Origin: a virus
Lineage: Duplodnaviria; Caudoviricetes
Reading direction: 5' to 3' (one strand)
Length of the DNA stretch: 64,000 bases
Virus record (IMG/VR): IMGVR_UViG_3300017585_000161
Coordinates: 1 to 64,000 of that record
The stretch's first letter is position 1; the number at the start of each line of letters is the position of its first letter. Below the pieces are notes generated by a model. It saw only the letters and a program-made list of their open reading frames with translations, was not told the DNA's origin and made no database searches. The position numbers were made by a program, and so were the translations under genes. This document shows, one piece after another, positions 19,577-27,533 of this stretch.

Positions 19577-19674
19577 TCACTAACGCACCAAATTTTTTTT
19601 CATTTTTACTCCGAATTTTTTGTGGGTATAAACGTGTGATTGTTATATCACTGCCCCCATGTCCTTGAGAGGAT

Positions 19675-19765
19675 GGGGACACTCCCCTGGGCTATTGAAT
19701 GAGAGTAGCCACTCATCAATGCTATTGATGCGGTTACAGTAACGAGACTGTTGCTGATAGCAACA
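19675..19765. promoter_or_regulatory. cluster of four perfect tri-loop hairpins at the strand-switch point
   Basis: GGGGA-CAC-TCCCC, CATCAAT-GCT-ATTGATG, GTTA-CAG-TAAC, TGTTGCT-GAT-AGCAACA. Confidence 0.5.
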
Positions 19766-19900
19766 AAAGCTATCACCATAGCAAGGTTTCAGGTCAATGA
19801 AACCCTTAACCACTTCTACATAAGCACATAGAATTAATCAATTAAATAATTAACATTATCCTATCTAAACACCAAGTCCTTTGATAGGGAAGGCACCACT

Positions 19901-20116
19901 ATGTCTAATAAAGACAACGTATTTCTTATGGTATCATTGGCAGTGCTAATGGGCGTTGGAATATTCGCCTTTAGTTCTTTAACCATCAACCTTTTCGCTC
20001 AATCATGGTTGGGGTCTGTCAGTCATTCTCTTGTGATATTGCTTATTAGCTTTCTGATAGGTTTGATAATAAGTTTCGCACTGGTATGGGATGACATTAA
20101 GAATAATGAAGAATAA
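19901..20116 (+). CDS. small membrane protein (early region)
   Basis: Two TM helices; first plus-strand gene after the switch. Confidence 0.65.
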   Translation: MSNKDNVFLMVSLAVLMGVGIFAFSSLTINLFAQSWLGSVSHSLVILLISFLIGLIISFALVWDDIKNNEE

Positions 20117-20144
20117 ATATTAATCCTTTAAAAACAGTAAAAAT

Positions 20145-20474
20145 ATGAAGAATTATGTGAAGTTGGCTGCTCGGCTCGGCCATGTTGAGAAGTTTGACAT
20201 CCTTGAGGATGAAATGCTTTATGAACAATCAATGTATCAGAATTGGTTGGCAGACCCTGAAGCATTTGGAGAATGGGAACCTTATGAAGCATACGTCATG
20301 GAGGTGGAGAGAAAAATACAATTCCTTGAAAACTGCATGGTTTCTATGGATAGCATAAAGTCTTGGAATGACTTTTATGAGAAGTACATCTTTTACATGA
20401 ACCCTGACAACCAAAAGCGTATTCCGACACTTGTCCCTACATGCACGGTGGGAGATGATGAACTTCCATTTTGA
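20145..20474 (+). CDS. hypothetical early protein
   Basis: 109 aa, acidic; A-rich leader. Confidence 0.7.
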   Translation: MKNYVKLAARLGHVEKFDILEDEMLYEQSMYQNWLADPEAFGEWEPYEAYVMEVERKIQFLENCMVSMDSIKSWNDFYEKYIFYMNPDNQKRIPTLVPTCTVGDDELPF

Positions 20475-20507
20475 CAATCTGTAAAATCAAAAACATAATT
20501 AAAAAAC

Positions 20508-20741
20508 ATGAGACAAAGAATTAACGCTGCTGCTGTATGCAGTTCAGCTAATTACACAGCATCAAAAAGAGCACATCTTGAAATGCTTAAAAGAAACCAC
20601 TCGTCTGTATCATTGATGAGCTTCTCCTCTGAGAAGACTGATTGGCATCCAACCCATAAAACCATTATGGTCTTTGGTAAGCCAATGGTAATCTCTTACG
20701 ATGAGTATCAATCACACAACCTAAAGGAACTGGGGTTTTAA
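20508..20741 (+). CDS. hypothetical early protein
   Basis: 77-aa ORF with A-rich leader. Confidence 0.65.
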   Translation: MRQRINAAAVCSSANYTASKRAHLEMLKRNHSSVSLMSFSSEKTDWHPTHKTIMVFGKPMVISYDEYQSHNLKELGF

Positions 20742-20804
20742 GGCAGTTCCACAGGAAATAAGGCTATCCTGATAGTTAGCCTAAAATGTAATCATAATAA
20801 ATAT

Positions 20805-20975
20805 ATGAAAACATTTACAAGATTCGGTAAAATGTCGGAAACAGCTTTCCTTACTGCATTTGGAGAATGGATTGATTGTTCCATCAGCAGTCTTGATGAT
20901 CTTGAGAAAAGAGTTGATGAAGAGCTCAACACTCAAGAGAAGTTTGACGAGTATATGGACTATCTAAATCAGTAA
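20805..20975 (+). CDS. 56-aa hypothetical protein (absent from the ORF track)
   Basis: MKTFTRFGKMSETAF...DYLNQ; A-rich leader. Confidence 0.55.
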   Translation: MKTFTRFGKMSETAFLTAFGEWIDCSISSLDDLEKRVDEELNTQEKFDEYMDYLNQ

Positions 20976-20987
20976 CATTTGACCGCA

Positions 20988-21032
20988 CTGAGTAAGACTC
21001 TGAGCAGCTGTGCTTGGAAACAGAAAACAGCT
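20988..21032 (+). ncRNA. copy A of a 45-nt structured intergenic motif
   Basis: Shares CTGAsTAAGmCTCTGAG and CTTGGAAACAGAA with 23287-23331; variable parts keep base pairing. Confidence 0.5.
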
Positions 21033-21100
21033 AAATCTTTAAAATAAACAAACTTAAAGCCGTTACCCTTTCAGCTCCTGTGTGGTGGAAAGGGAATCTT

Positions 21101-21697
21101 ATGAAAGTAACAACTATTAGCTTTTCAGAAATGTTTGAAATCACAAACAGTGTAAAACACAAAATTCTTCCTTTTAATGGAAAAGAAGACCGAATAGTCT
21201 CTTTCTCTAACAGAGAAGGAAAATCTGCTCTTATGATAGATATGCAAGAAACAATCAAGGAGCGGATATTAGGAACTAAAAGATGCGAATTAGAAGCATT
21301 TATAGAGATTGATAAGGAGCATATAAAAGAGCTGGAGCGGGACATAAAAGAGGCAGAAGACGATATAAAGAGAGCATCCGAAGACATAGAGTTTTGGGAG
21401 AAACATGATGATAAAGAAATGGTTGAATCATGTAAAGGATGCGTACAAAGACAGCGTAACAATCTTCCTAAGATGCATAATGAGAAAGAGATTCTTCAAA
21501 AAGAGATGAAAGACTATACTGAACGACTGTCCAATATATCTATTACCGAGAAAGACTTTGATTTCGATTGTTATAGTGATTGGAGTCTGTTTGAATTAGG
21601 TATTCCGCCAGTACAAATTCATCTTGAAGATGGAAGAGTAATCCTCCTAAACATGGAAGATGAACATGATCAGTTAATTCTCCTAATATCTGAATAA
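21101..21697 (+). CDS. hypothetical coiled-coil protein
   Basis: Start moved to MKVTTISF; long charged heptad region. Confidence 0.7.
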   Translation: MKVTTISFSEMFEITNSVKHKILPFNGKEDRIVSFSNREGKSALMIDMQETIKERILGTKRCELEAFIEIDKEHIKELERDIKEAEDDIKRASEDIEFWEKHDDKEMVESCKGCVQRQRNNLPKMHNEKEILQKEMKDYTERLSNISITEKDFDFDCYSDWSLFELGIPPVQIHLEDGRVILLNMEDEHDQLILLISE

Positions 21698-21740
21698 CCT
21701 CGATAATTAATTCAATTAACCCTTTAAAATTAAATCAAAA

Positions 21741-22001
21741 ATGAAAAAAGTAGAAAATGTCCTTGTGCCTACATCCTATGGCGAAGAAGTGGAAGTAAAA
21801 GCAGTATTGATTAACTGTTATCTGCAACTCGGAAGCCTTGCCCTTGTCAAACTCTATTATGGGCAAAATAGGCTCTTTGAAATTGTTGAAGCTGAAGACT
21901 GCGGCGGAACACATATTATTGCAGAATACTGCACAATTCCTGAATATGATGAGCTGCTCGCAGACATTCAGCAAGATCTTTATGAAGCCGCTATTAAATG
22001 A
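21741..22001 (+). CDS. hypothetical early protein
   Basis: 86 aa; TAACCCTTTAAAA leader motif. Confidence 0.7.
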   Translation: MKKVENVLVPTSYGEEVEVKAVLINCYLQLGSLALVKLYYGQNRLFEIVEAEDCGGTHIIAEYCTIPEYDELLADIQQDLYEAAIK

Positions 22002-22117
22002 AATACACGGTTTCTGACTCTGAGGGGAACATTCTAAAAGTGTTCCCCTCTTACCAACAAGCAAGTGATTACAAATTCACCTTTGGCAATCAACAGTGGC
22101 AAATACAAATTATTTAA
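21998..22117 (+). CDS. 39-aa hypothetical protein
   Basis: MKYTVSDSEGNILKVFPSYQQASDYKF...; ATGA overlap with the upstream stop. Confidence 0.55.
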   Translation: MKYTVSDSEGNILKVFPSYQQASDYKFTFGNQQWQIQII

Positions 22118-22144
22118 ATAAACATTAATTAAAATATAACAATT

Positions 22145-22447
22145 ATGGATACTTACAAAAACTCAGAATTACACATTGTAACAATTTATCATCACGAGCA
22201 TGAGGATAGTTTCACCACAACAGTCCTTGCAACTCCAGAGGAAACGAACCAGATAATTGAGAAAGCTCGTAATGGTGAACTTGAATACGACTACGTTAAT
22301 GATGAGGAAATACGGACTATTGACAAAATAGAGGTTATGAATCAAGTAAATGGTAAATATTTTGTCCATAGAATCCTTCGATTTGATTGGGAAACCCTTA
22401 TCCGACTTCAAAAGGAATATGCGGATGCTGGCTTTGTAAATTCATAG
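22145..22447 (+). CDS. hypothetical early protein
   Basis: 100-aa ORF with A-rich leader. Confidence 0.7.
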   Translation: MDTYKNSELHIVTIYHHEHEDSFTTTVLATPEETNQIIEKARNGELEYDYVNDEEIRTIDKIEVMNQVNGKYFVHRILRFDWETLIRLQKEYADAGFVNS

Positions 22448-22511
22448 CCTTGCATAGACAGTCATGTGGACTGCTACATAAATGAAGTAGATAACTATTA
22501 CAATCCAAATC

Positions 22512-22703
22512 ATGATTGAAATTCTAATTAATGGCAAGGTGGTGAAGACAGTAGCCACCTTGCAAGAAGCTGTTGAGTTTAGAAACCAATACAAAGCTCA
22601 GCACTCTGGAGATTATCAAGTTATAGGCAGGTTCTCCACTGAAACCAGTGACCCTGACTACAATGAATACAGGCAATATTGCCAAGAACAACTTTATAAA
22701 TAA
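22512..22703 (+). CDS. hypothetical early protein
   Basis: 63-aa ORF. Confidence 0.6.
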   Translation: MIEILINGKVVKTVATLQEAVEFRNQYKAQHSGDYQVIGRFSTETSDPDYNEYRQYCQEQLYK

Positions 22704-22712
22704 AAAAAAATT

Positions 22713-22919
22713 ATGAAACATTTAAATCCATTACACCTGTGCATTGCCACAGTAATCTGCTGCATAATCGCAGCTTGTGCAAACACCATGCTGACACAAA
22801 GAAAGCAGCTTGATGCAGCTAAAAGCGTCATTGACATGGTTGTCGCCGAAGACCCCAACTGGTATGACACCTACGGAGAGACTGACGCTTTTGTTGAATA
22901 CGAACAGTTAAATTACTAA
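22713..22919 (+). CDS. small protein with N-terminal TM/signal segment
   Basis: Hydrophobic, Cys-rich N-terminus. Confidence 0.6.
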   Translation: MKHLNPLHLCIATVICCIIAACANTMLTQRKQLDAAKSVIDMVVAEDPNWYDTYGETDAFVEYEQLNY

Positions 22920-22995
22920 CAACTTCACTCCTGAGCATGAGTCTAAAACTGCTCCATAACCAAATTAACAAATAACCCTTTAAAAATTAAAAACT

Positions 22996-23274
22996 ATGAT
23001 TATTAACGGAAAACACGCAGATTGCGTAAAGTGCGAACACATGCTTTATTCATCTTGTACAGAAAATCTTGATGAAATAAAGGTTATTAAAGACACAGTA
23101 TTCTTCACTTTCCTTGACGAAGAGGATTTTGTAGCCTTGCCTATGCTGCCTGGCTATGAACTTCCTGAAGGAAAAGCATTCCCCGAAGACATATATGGTG
23201 TAATTATGGAAGATGACTGCGGACATACAAAGACTTTTATAGCTAACCAATACATACCTTCCCACAGTATTTAA
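22996..23274 (+). CDS. hypothetical early protein
   Basis: 92 aa; TAACCCTTTAAAA leader motif. Confidence 0.7.
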   Translation: MIINGKHADCVKCEHMLYSSCTENLDEIKVIKDTVFFTFLDEEDFVALPMLPGYELPEGKAFPEDIYGVIMEDDCGHTKTFIANQYIPSHSI

Positions 23275-23286
23275 TAAATATTCCTC

Positions 23287-23331
23287 CTGACTAAGCCTCT
23301 GAGATTGACTCTCTTGGAAACAGAATGAGTC
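23287..23331 (+). ncRNA. copy B of the 45-nt structured intergenic motif
   Basis: See 20988-21032. Confidence 0.5.
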
Positions 23332-23379
23332 TTTGTTTAATATCATTAATTCAAATAACCCTTTAAAACAATAACAATT

Positions 23380-23661
23380 ATGAATATTTTTGCAAATCTA
23401 AAGAAGTACGCAGGTAAGTGGAATGAATCAAATGTACGTCCGTTTAGTAAGGATGAAATAGATGCTGTTAAGTCAGCGTCTGTTGTAGATTCAGAGTTTG
23501 GGTTTTCAGTATGCTTTATTGCTAAAACTGGAGGTAAATGGTTTATTCCTCTGGAACATGAAAGCTCAAAACAAGCAGGCGATGTTATAGATATTAGTAC
23601 AGCTCAGCTTGTCACGCTTTCCAGAGAGGGAAGCTCTGACATCTATAGAGTCAGGGCTTAA
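23380..23661 (+). CDS. MNIFxxLKxYAGKW-family protein, paralogue 1
   Basis: Aligns with the genes at 24261 and 26407; followed by a hairpin at 23679-23700. Confidence 0.85.
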   Translation: MNIFANLKKYAGKWNESNVRPFSKDEIDAVKSASVVDSEFGFSVCFIAKTGGKWFIPLEHESSKQAGDVIDISTAQLVTLSREGSSDIYRVRA

Positions 23662-23750
23662 TATTGCGTTAAGTTAAAGCCAGGGGAGCATTCCTCTGGC
23701 TCCTCTTATCAACAAAAAACAACTTTCGTATAACATTAAATTTATATAAT

Positions 23751-24077
23751 ATGAATAAAGGAGATATTATTCTTGTAGAAGGCATCAAAACTGTGGTTTT
23801 GGAAGAAGGAAATTATGAAGAATCTTACATTGATCCTGACAAAGGAAGTAAGACTATCTTATGTTATAATAAAGATAATGGGCTTTTCTGGCTATATGAA
23901 CATATAGCTACTAAGCCTATTTATGAGAAGACTTGTGGTGGGGAACTTGAGATCATCATAGGTGAAGATTCTTATGTAGAGGGTATTTCAATCTCTATAA
24001 TTCTTACTTGTCCAATTCCAAAAATTGATACACTACTTGATAATTTGGACAATTCTCAGATTAAGACAACTTTATAA
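23751..24077 (+). CDS. hypothetical protein
   Basis: 108-aa ORF followed by a terminator. Confidence 0.65.
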   Translation: MNKGDIILVEGIKTVVLEEGNYEESYIDPDKGSKTILCYNKDNGLFWLYEHIATKPIYEKTCGGELEIIIGEDSYVEGISISIILTCPIPKIDTLLDNLDNSQIKTTL

Positions 24078-24083
24078 ATGAAC

Positions 24084-24121
24084 GGCTGGGAGGGTAAACC
24101 TCTCAGCCTTCTTTTTTTTTC
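24084..24121 (+). terminator. intrinsic terminator (near-identical copy at 24564)
   Basis: GGCTGGGAGG-GTAAA-CCTCTCAGCC followed by a T-run. Confidence 0.8.
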
Positions 24122-24198
24122 ACACAGCAGGCAGGAGCAATGTTTTTGGAGCAAGTAAGATAGCAAGAAAACAGCTGTCAGTTATTTTTCATATCACA

Positions 24199-24215
24199 TG
24201 CTAACCACTCCTTCT
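24199..24215 (+). promoter_or_regulatory. 17-bp motif TGCTAACCACTCCTTCT, copy 1
   Basis: Identical copy at 26271-26287; both lie upstream of paralogous genes. Confidence 0.55.
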
Positions 24216-24260
24216 AAGTTCATGGCGATATTGCCATATAATATTTAAATTTTATAAGTT

Positions 24261-24548
24261 ATGAACATTTTTCAAAATTTGAAGACCTATGCAGGTAAGT
24301 GGAGTGTAAGCAATTCTCGTAATTTCTCTGATGAGGAACAGCAAGCTGTGCAGAGCGCTGAAGTTGTGGCTTCTAAGGAAGGATATGGCAACTCTGTATG
24401 CTTCTTTATGAAAAGTGGCTTTAAGCAGTTTATTCCATTATCGGTCAACAGTGGTCTTTCAGTGGGAGACTTAGTTGATTTGAGTACTGCGAGACTTCTG
24501 ACTCTTTCGAGAGTAGGAGAAGCAGACATCTATAGAGTTGAGGCTTAA
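24261..24548 (+). CDS. MNIFxxLKxYAGKW-family protein, paralogue 2
   Basis: 66/95 residues identical to the 26407 gene by hand count. Confidence 0.85.
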   Translation: MNIFQNLKTYAGKWSVSNSRNFSDEEQQAVQSAEVVASKEGYGNSVCFFMKSGFKQFIPLSVNSGLSVGDLVDLSTARLLTLSRVGEADIYRVEA

Positions 24549-24563
24549 TAGAATTGTAAGTAA

Positions 24564-24599
24564 GGCTGGGAGGGTAAAACCTCTCAGCCTTCTTTTTTT
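24564..24599 (+). terminator. intrinsic terminator
   Basis: Differs from the 24084 copy by one extra A in the loop. Confidence 0.8.
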
Positions 24600-25533
24600 G
24601 TTCCTTCAGGTAAGAGCAATGGTTTCATCCCCTTACACGCACAGCAATGGGCTGGCTGATCAAGCCTTATATCCAAGTCTGTGAGAACAATGCCTGTTGA
24701 ACAAGCCAAGTCCAAAACGCTTGGAATGAGAACATTGTTTTGTAGATTAAGATTTTGATTGAGATTTCTTTTCAGCAGATGAACTTTAAAGCAAATCACA
24801 ACTTCCAAACTCCATAAATTCTGAGTGATTGAGCTGTGAACAATCAAGCTATGAATTATTGGAACAATCCATAAAACCAAAATGTAAAATAATTTCCCAT
24901 ATTGGTTTTTAATAATCTTTCTACCCTTAGAGCACCCCGACTGAAAGCAGATTCAGCAAGGTTTTTACTCTTAAACTTCGAGACGGGCGGGTTATTGACG
25001 CTTTCACAAGCCATTTATCTCCATCAATGTAAGTTCCCACCTTACAAGGTAAACAAGTCTCCTATAAGGAAGATTGTTTAGGACCATTTATACTCCCGTA
25101 CTGTGCCACTGTGGTTTCACTTTTTGATATTAGCAGTCAACGCCTGCTTTCTCTGGCCGCCTCTGGGCTGGTCTCCGTCTCTTATATCAAGAGCTTTTTT
25201 GCCTCTATCGGCGATAACCCCAGTTGCTATGTGTAAAGTGCACTGGATAAGCCGACTTCTAATCCTAAGCGTACTCTTATTGGAAGGGCTTTAGGATGAA
25301 TGTGAACAATGTTCCTTAGGCATTGCCCACATAAGGCGCTGCAAATATACGCATATATAATGACACCTGCAAGCACCTAAAGAAAACATTTAGATTTTTA
25401 TCATTAAAATGTTAGTGAAAAAATAGATACAGCAAGTGACACACCTTAAAAAGCCCTTTCATGTTCCTATTATATATAATGTACGCGCGTACATATTATT
25501 ATATGTCATGCTGAAGCAAGCATGTTTAAGTAC

Positions 25534-26127
25534 TCAGCTGTCTTTATGCAGTTGTATTCTTATCCGCTGCTCCTCCCTCACCTCTTCCCATTGGCGTTTC
25601 TCGTCATCAGTGAAATCCCTTTCCCCGCGCAGACATTTCCTGAGATTTTCAGCAAGCCTGTTAGGTCCCTTATGTTCTGGAATATTGTGCAGCACCTTAT
25701 ATACTTTATAGTATTCCTCCCAAGTGTCCCAATACTTTTTGTTAGCCTTCTTATACTTAATGCAAGCCTTATTGTGTTTGGCTTTTAGTACACGCTCCCT
25801 TCTCTCCAACCTTTTTCTTCTCCGCCATTCTTGGAACTTGGTCTTCAGTATGTTATAATTGTTAGGAGCAGAAGGTCTGTAGGGGTCGCCTTTAAACAGC
25901 CAGTCAATTAGAGGCAATGAGCACCATAACGCCATCATTATGAAAGCGACAACTCCGTTCACAAGAATAAATTTGTAAAGAAAAAAGATAATCCAAAAGA
26001 GTATAATGCAAATGGCTAAAGTACTGAGTATCAACTTGTTACGCTTGTAAAACTTTGGTAATATGACAAACAAGAACACGGCACTTAACCCTCCAAACAG
26101 ATATAATACAATTTCCCAAATATCCAT
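25534..26127 (-). CDS. membrane protein with a basic coiled-coil C-terminus
   Basis: About three TM helices, then a K/R-rich helix. Confidence 0.6.
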   Translation of the reverse strand: MDIWEIVLYLFGGLSAVFLFVILPKFYKRNKLILSTLAICIILFWIIFFLYKFILVNGVVAFIMMALWCSLPLIDWLFKGDPYRPSAPNNYNILKTKFQEWRRRKRLERRERVLKAKHNKACIKYKKANKKYWDTWEEYYKVYKVLHNIPEHKGPNRLAENLRKCLRGERDFTDDEKRQWEEVREEQRIRIQLHKDS

Positions 26128-26270
26128 ATCCTCATATCTTTTTTTACTGCCTTCAGTACATAGCTTCAGCTATAAGTTATAACGTCTAACTTCCTATTTT
26201 ATTACTTTCCTCTTGCCAAATATAACACTTTTTATTACCTAATATCCTATTTCTTACATCTTATAAGACT

Positions 26271-26287
26271 TGCTAACCACTCCTTCT
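26271..26287 (+). promoter_or_regulatory. 17-bp motif TGCTAACCACTCCTTCT, copy 2
   Basis: Identical to 24199-24215. Confidence 0.55.
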
Positions 26288-26406
26288 CCGTCCTTGCTCT
26301 GGTGTATATGCTATAAGTATTTGCACCTTACGCATATTAACATTTTACATCCAACAATCGGCGTGCCAGATGCTAAAACAAGTCCGCAGGGCAGCGGCAG
26401 TTATCT

Positions 26407-26694
26407 ATGAACATTTTTAGTTCTTTGAAAGCCTATGCAGGCAAGTGGTTAGTAACTAACTCTCGTAACTTCACCGATGAAGAGCAAAAAGCGGTACGCT
26501 CCTGCTCAGTAGTAGCTTCCCGAGCAGGGTACGGCAATTCAGCTTGCTTTATTATGGTCTCTGGCGAAATGAAATTTATTCCTATGTCCCAGGACTCGAC
26601 CCTTGCAGTAGGTGATGTAGTTGACATGTCGTCTGCAAGACTTCTCACACTGTCACGCGCAGGAGAAGCGGACATCTATCGTGTAAGCATCTAA
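26407..26694 (+). CDS. MNIFxxLKxYAGKW-family protein, paralogue 3
   Basis: Aligns with the genes at 23380 and 24261. Confidence 0.85.
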   Translation: MNIFSSLKAYAGKWLVTNSRNFTDEEQKAVRSCSVVASRAGYGNSACFIMVSGEMKFIPMSQDSTLAVGDVVDMSSARLLTLSRAGEADIYRVSI

Positions 26695-26706
26695 TCATCA
26701 GCCTCT

Positions 26707-26754
26707 AACAGCCTTTGAGAGAATAGTAAAATCTCTCATTGGCTGTTCTTTTTT
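26707..26754 (+). terminator. intrinsic terminator
   Basis: AACAGCC..TGAGAGA/TCTCTCA..GGCTGTT stem followed by a T-run. Confidence 0.7.
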
Positions 26755-27017
26755 GAGCCTTTAAGACTGAAGCAATAATATGTAATTTTTTTTAAAAATA
26801 GGCTTGGTTTATACTCTAAATGATCTATATCCTCTTGGACCAGTATGGGCGCATAATGGAAGCCTCCTCTGATTACCAGAAGCTCTATTCCCGCTATTTA
26901 AGAAACCCCAAATGGACCATCAAATACGCCTGGCAGCCATAGCCTGTTCGGTAAAAACAGTGATGGTAACAGTAACAGGGCAGCATTGAATAAAACAATT
27001 AAAACAATCAAAACACT

Positions 27018-27408
27018 ATGACAACTTACATCGAAAAAGTGGCGGTATGCATGTTCTCGCACGCCACAGGCAAGGCAGACCTTTATCTGCTCAACCATAA
27101 GAAAACGGACAGGCGCTCCCTGTTCAAGTCCCAAACCTCTAAAGCGCTAAGGCCATGACAGCGAAGACAGCCGCAATCAGGGACATCAAGGCCGAGCTCA
27201 AAGAGACCTCAGCCTGCTTCCTCTTCTTTCACAGAGAGCTTGACCCAGTGATGAACGACCTTGTGCGGGACTACACGTCAGTGCAAGCCTCGCTTAACCA
27301 TAAAACGCAGAAGCCATGAGCGCCGAGACCAAAGACACCCTCCTCTCAGGAGCCTGCTGCCTGCTTCTCGCCATCATGGCCTTGTTCTGCGTAATCATCT
27401 TCCATTGA
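27018..27408 (+). CDS. three short translationally coupled ORFs (27018-27158, 27155-27319, 27316-27408)
   Basis: 46, 54 and 30 aa; successive ATGA overlaps; the last is hydrophobic. Confidence 0.5.
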
Positions 27409-27533
27409 CGGCGGAAACCTAACACTTCCGCTTCAATCTTCTAACAGCCGCCTTAATACATTGGCTTATTATGTTTCAAACTCCTACCTTTGCGTCGGAT
27501 TTACTCTTATAATTGCAATCTGGTAGGCATCAA

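Noticed and set aside
22459-22479. A further pseudoknot (CAGTC/GACTG with loop pairing to TACAT)
   Set aside because: Connecting loops of 0 and 1 nt make the geometry implausible; it is probably a plain hairpin.
20988-23331. Calling the 45-nt motif a hammerhead ribozyme because of CUGA...GAAAC
   Set aside because: The CUGANGA core, stem III and NUH cleavage site cannot be assembled. It is kept only as an unclassified structured motif.
24584-24880. 98-aa minus-strand ORF
   Set aside because: Low-complexity, no recognisable motif or leader; treated as spurious.
24975-25000. GTCAATAACCC on the minus strand resembling an IS200/IS605 omega-RNA start
   Set aside because: The match is short, and there is no IscB, TnpB or TnpA gene nearby.
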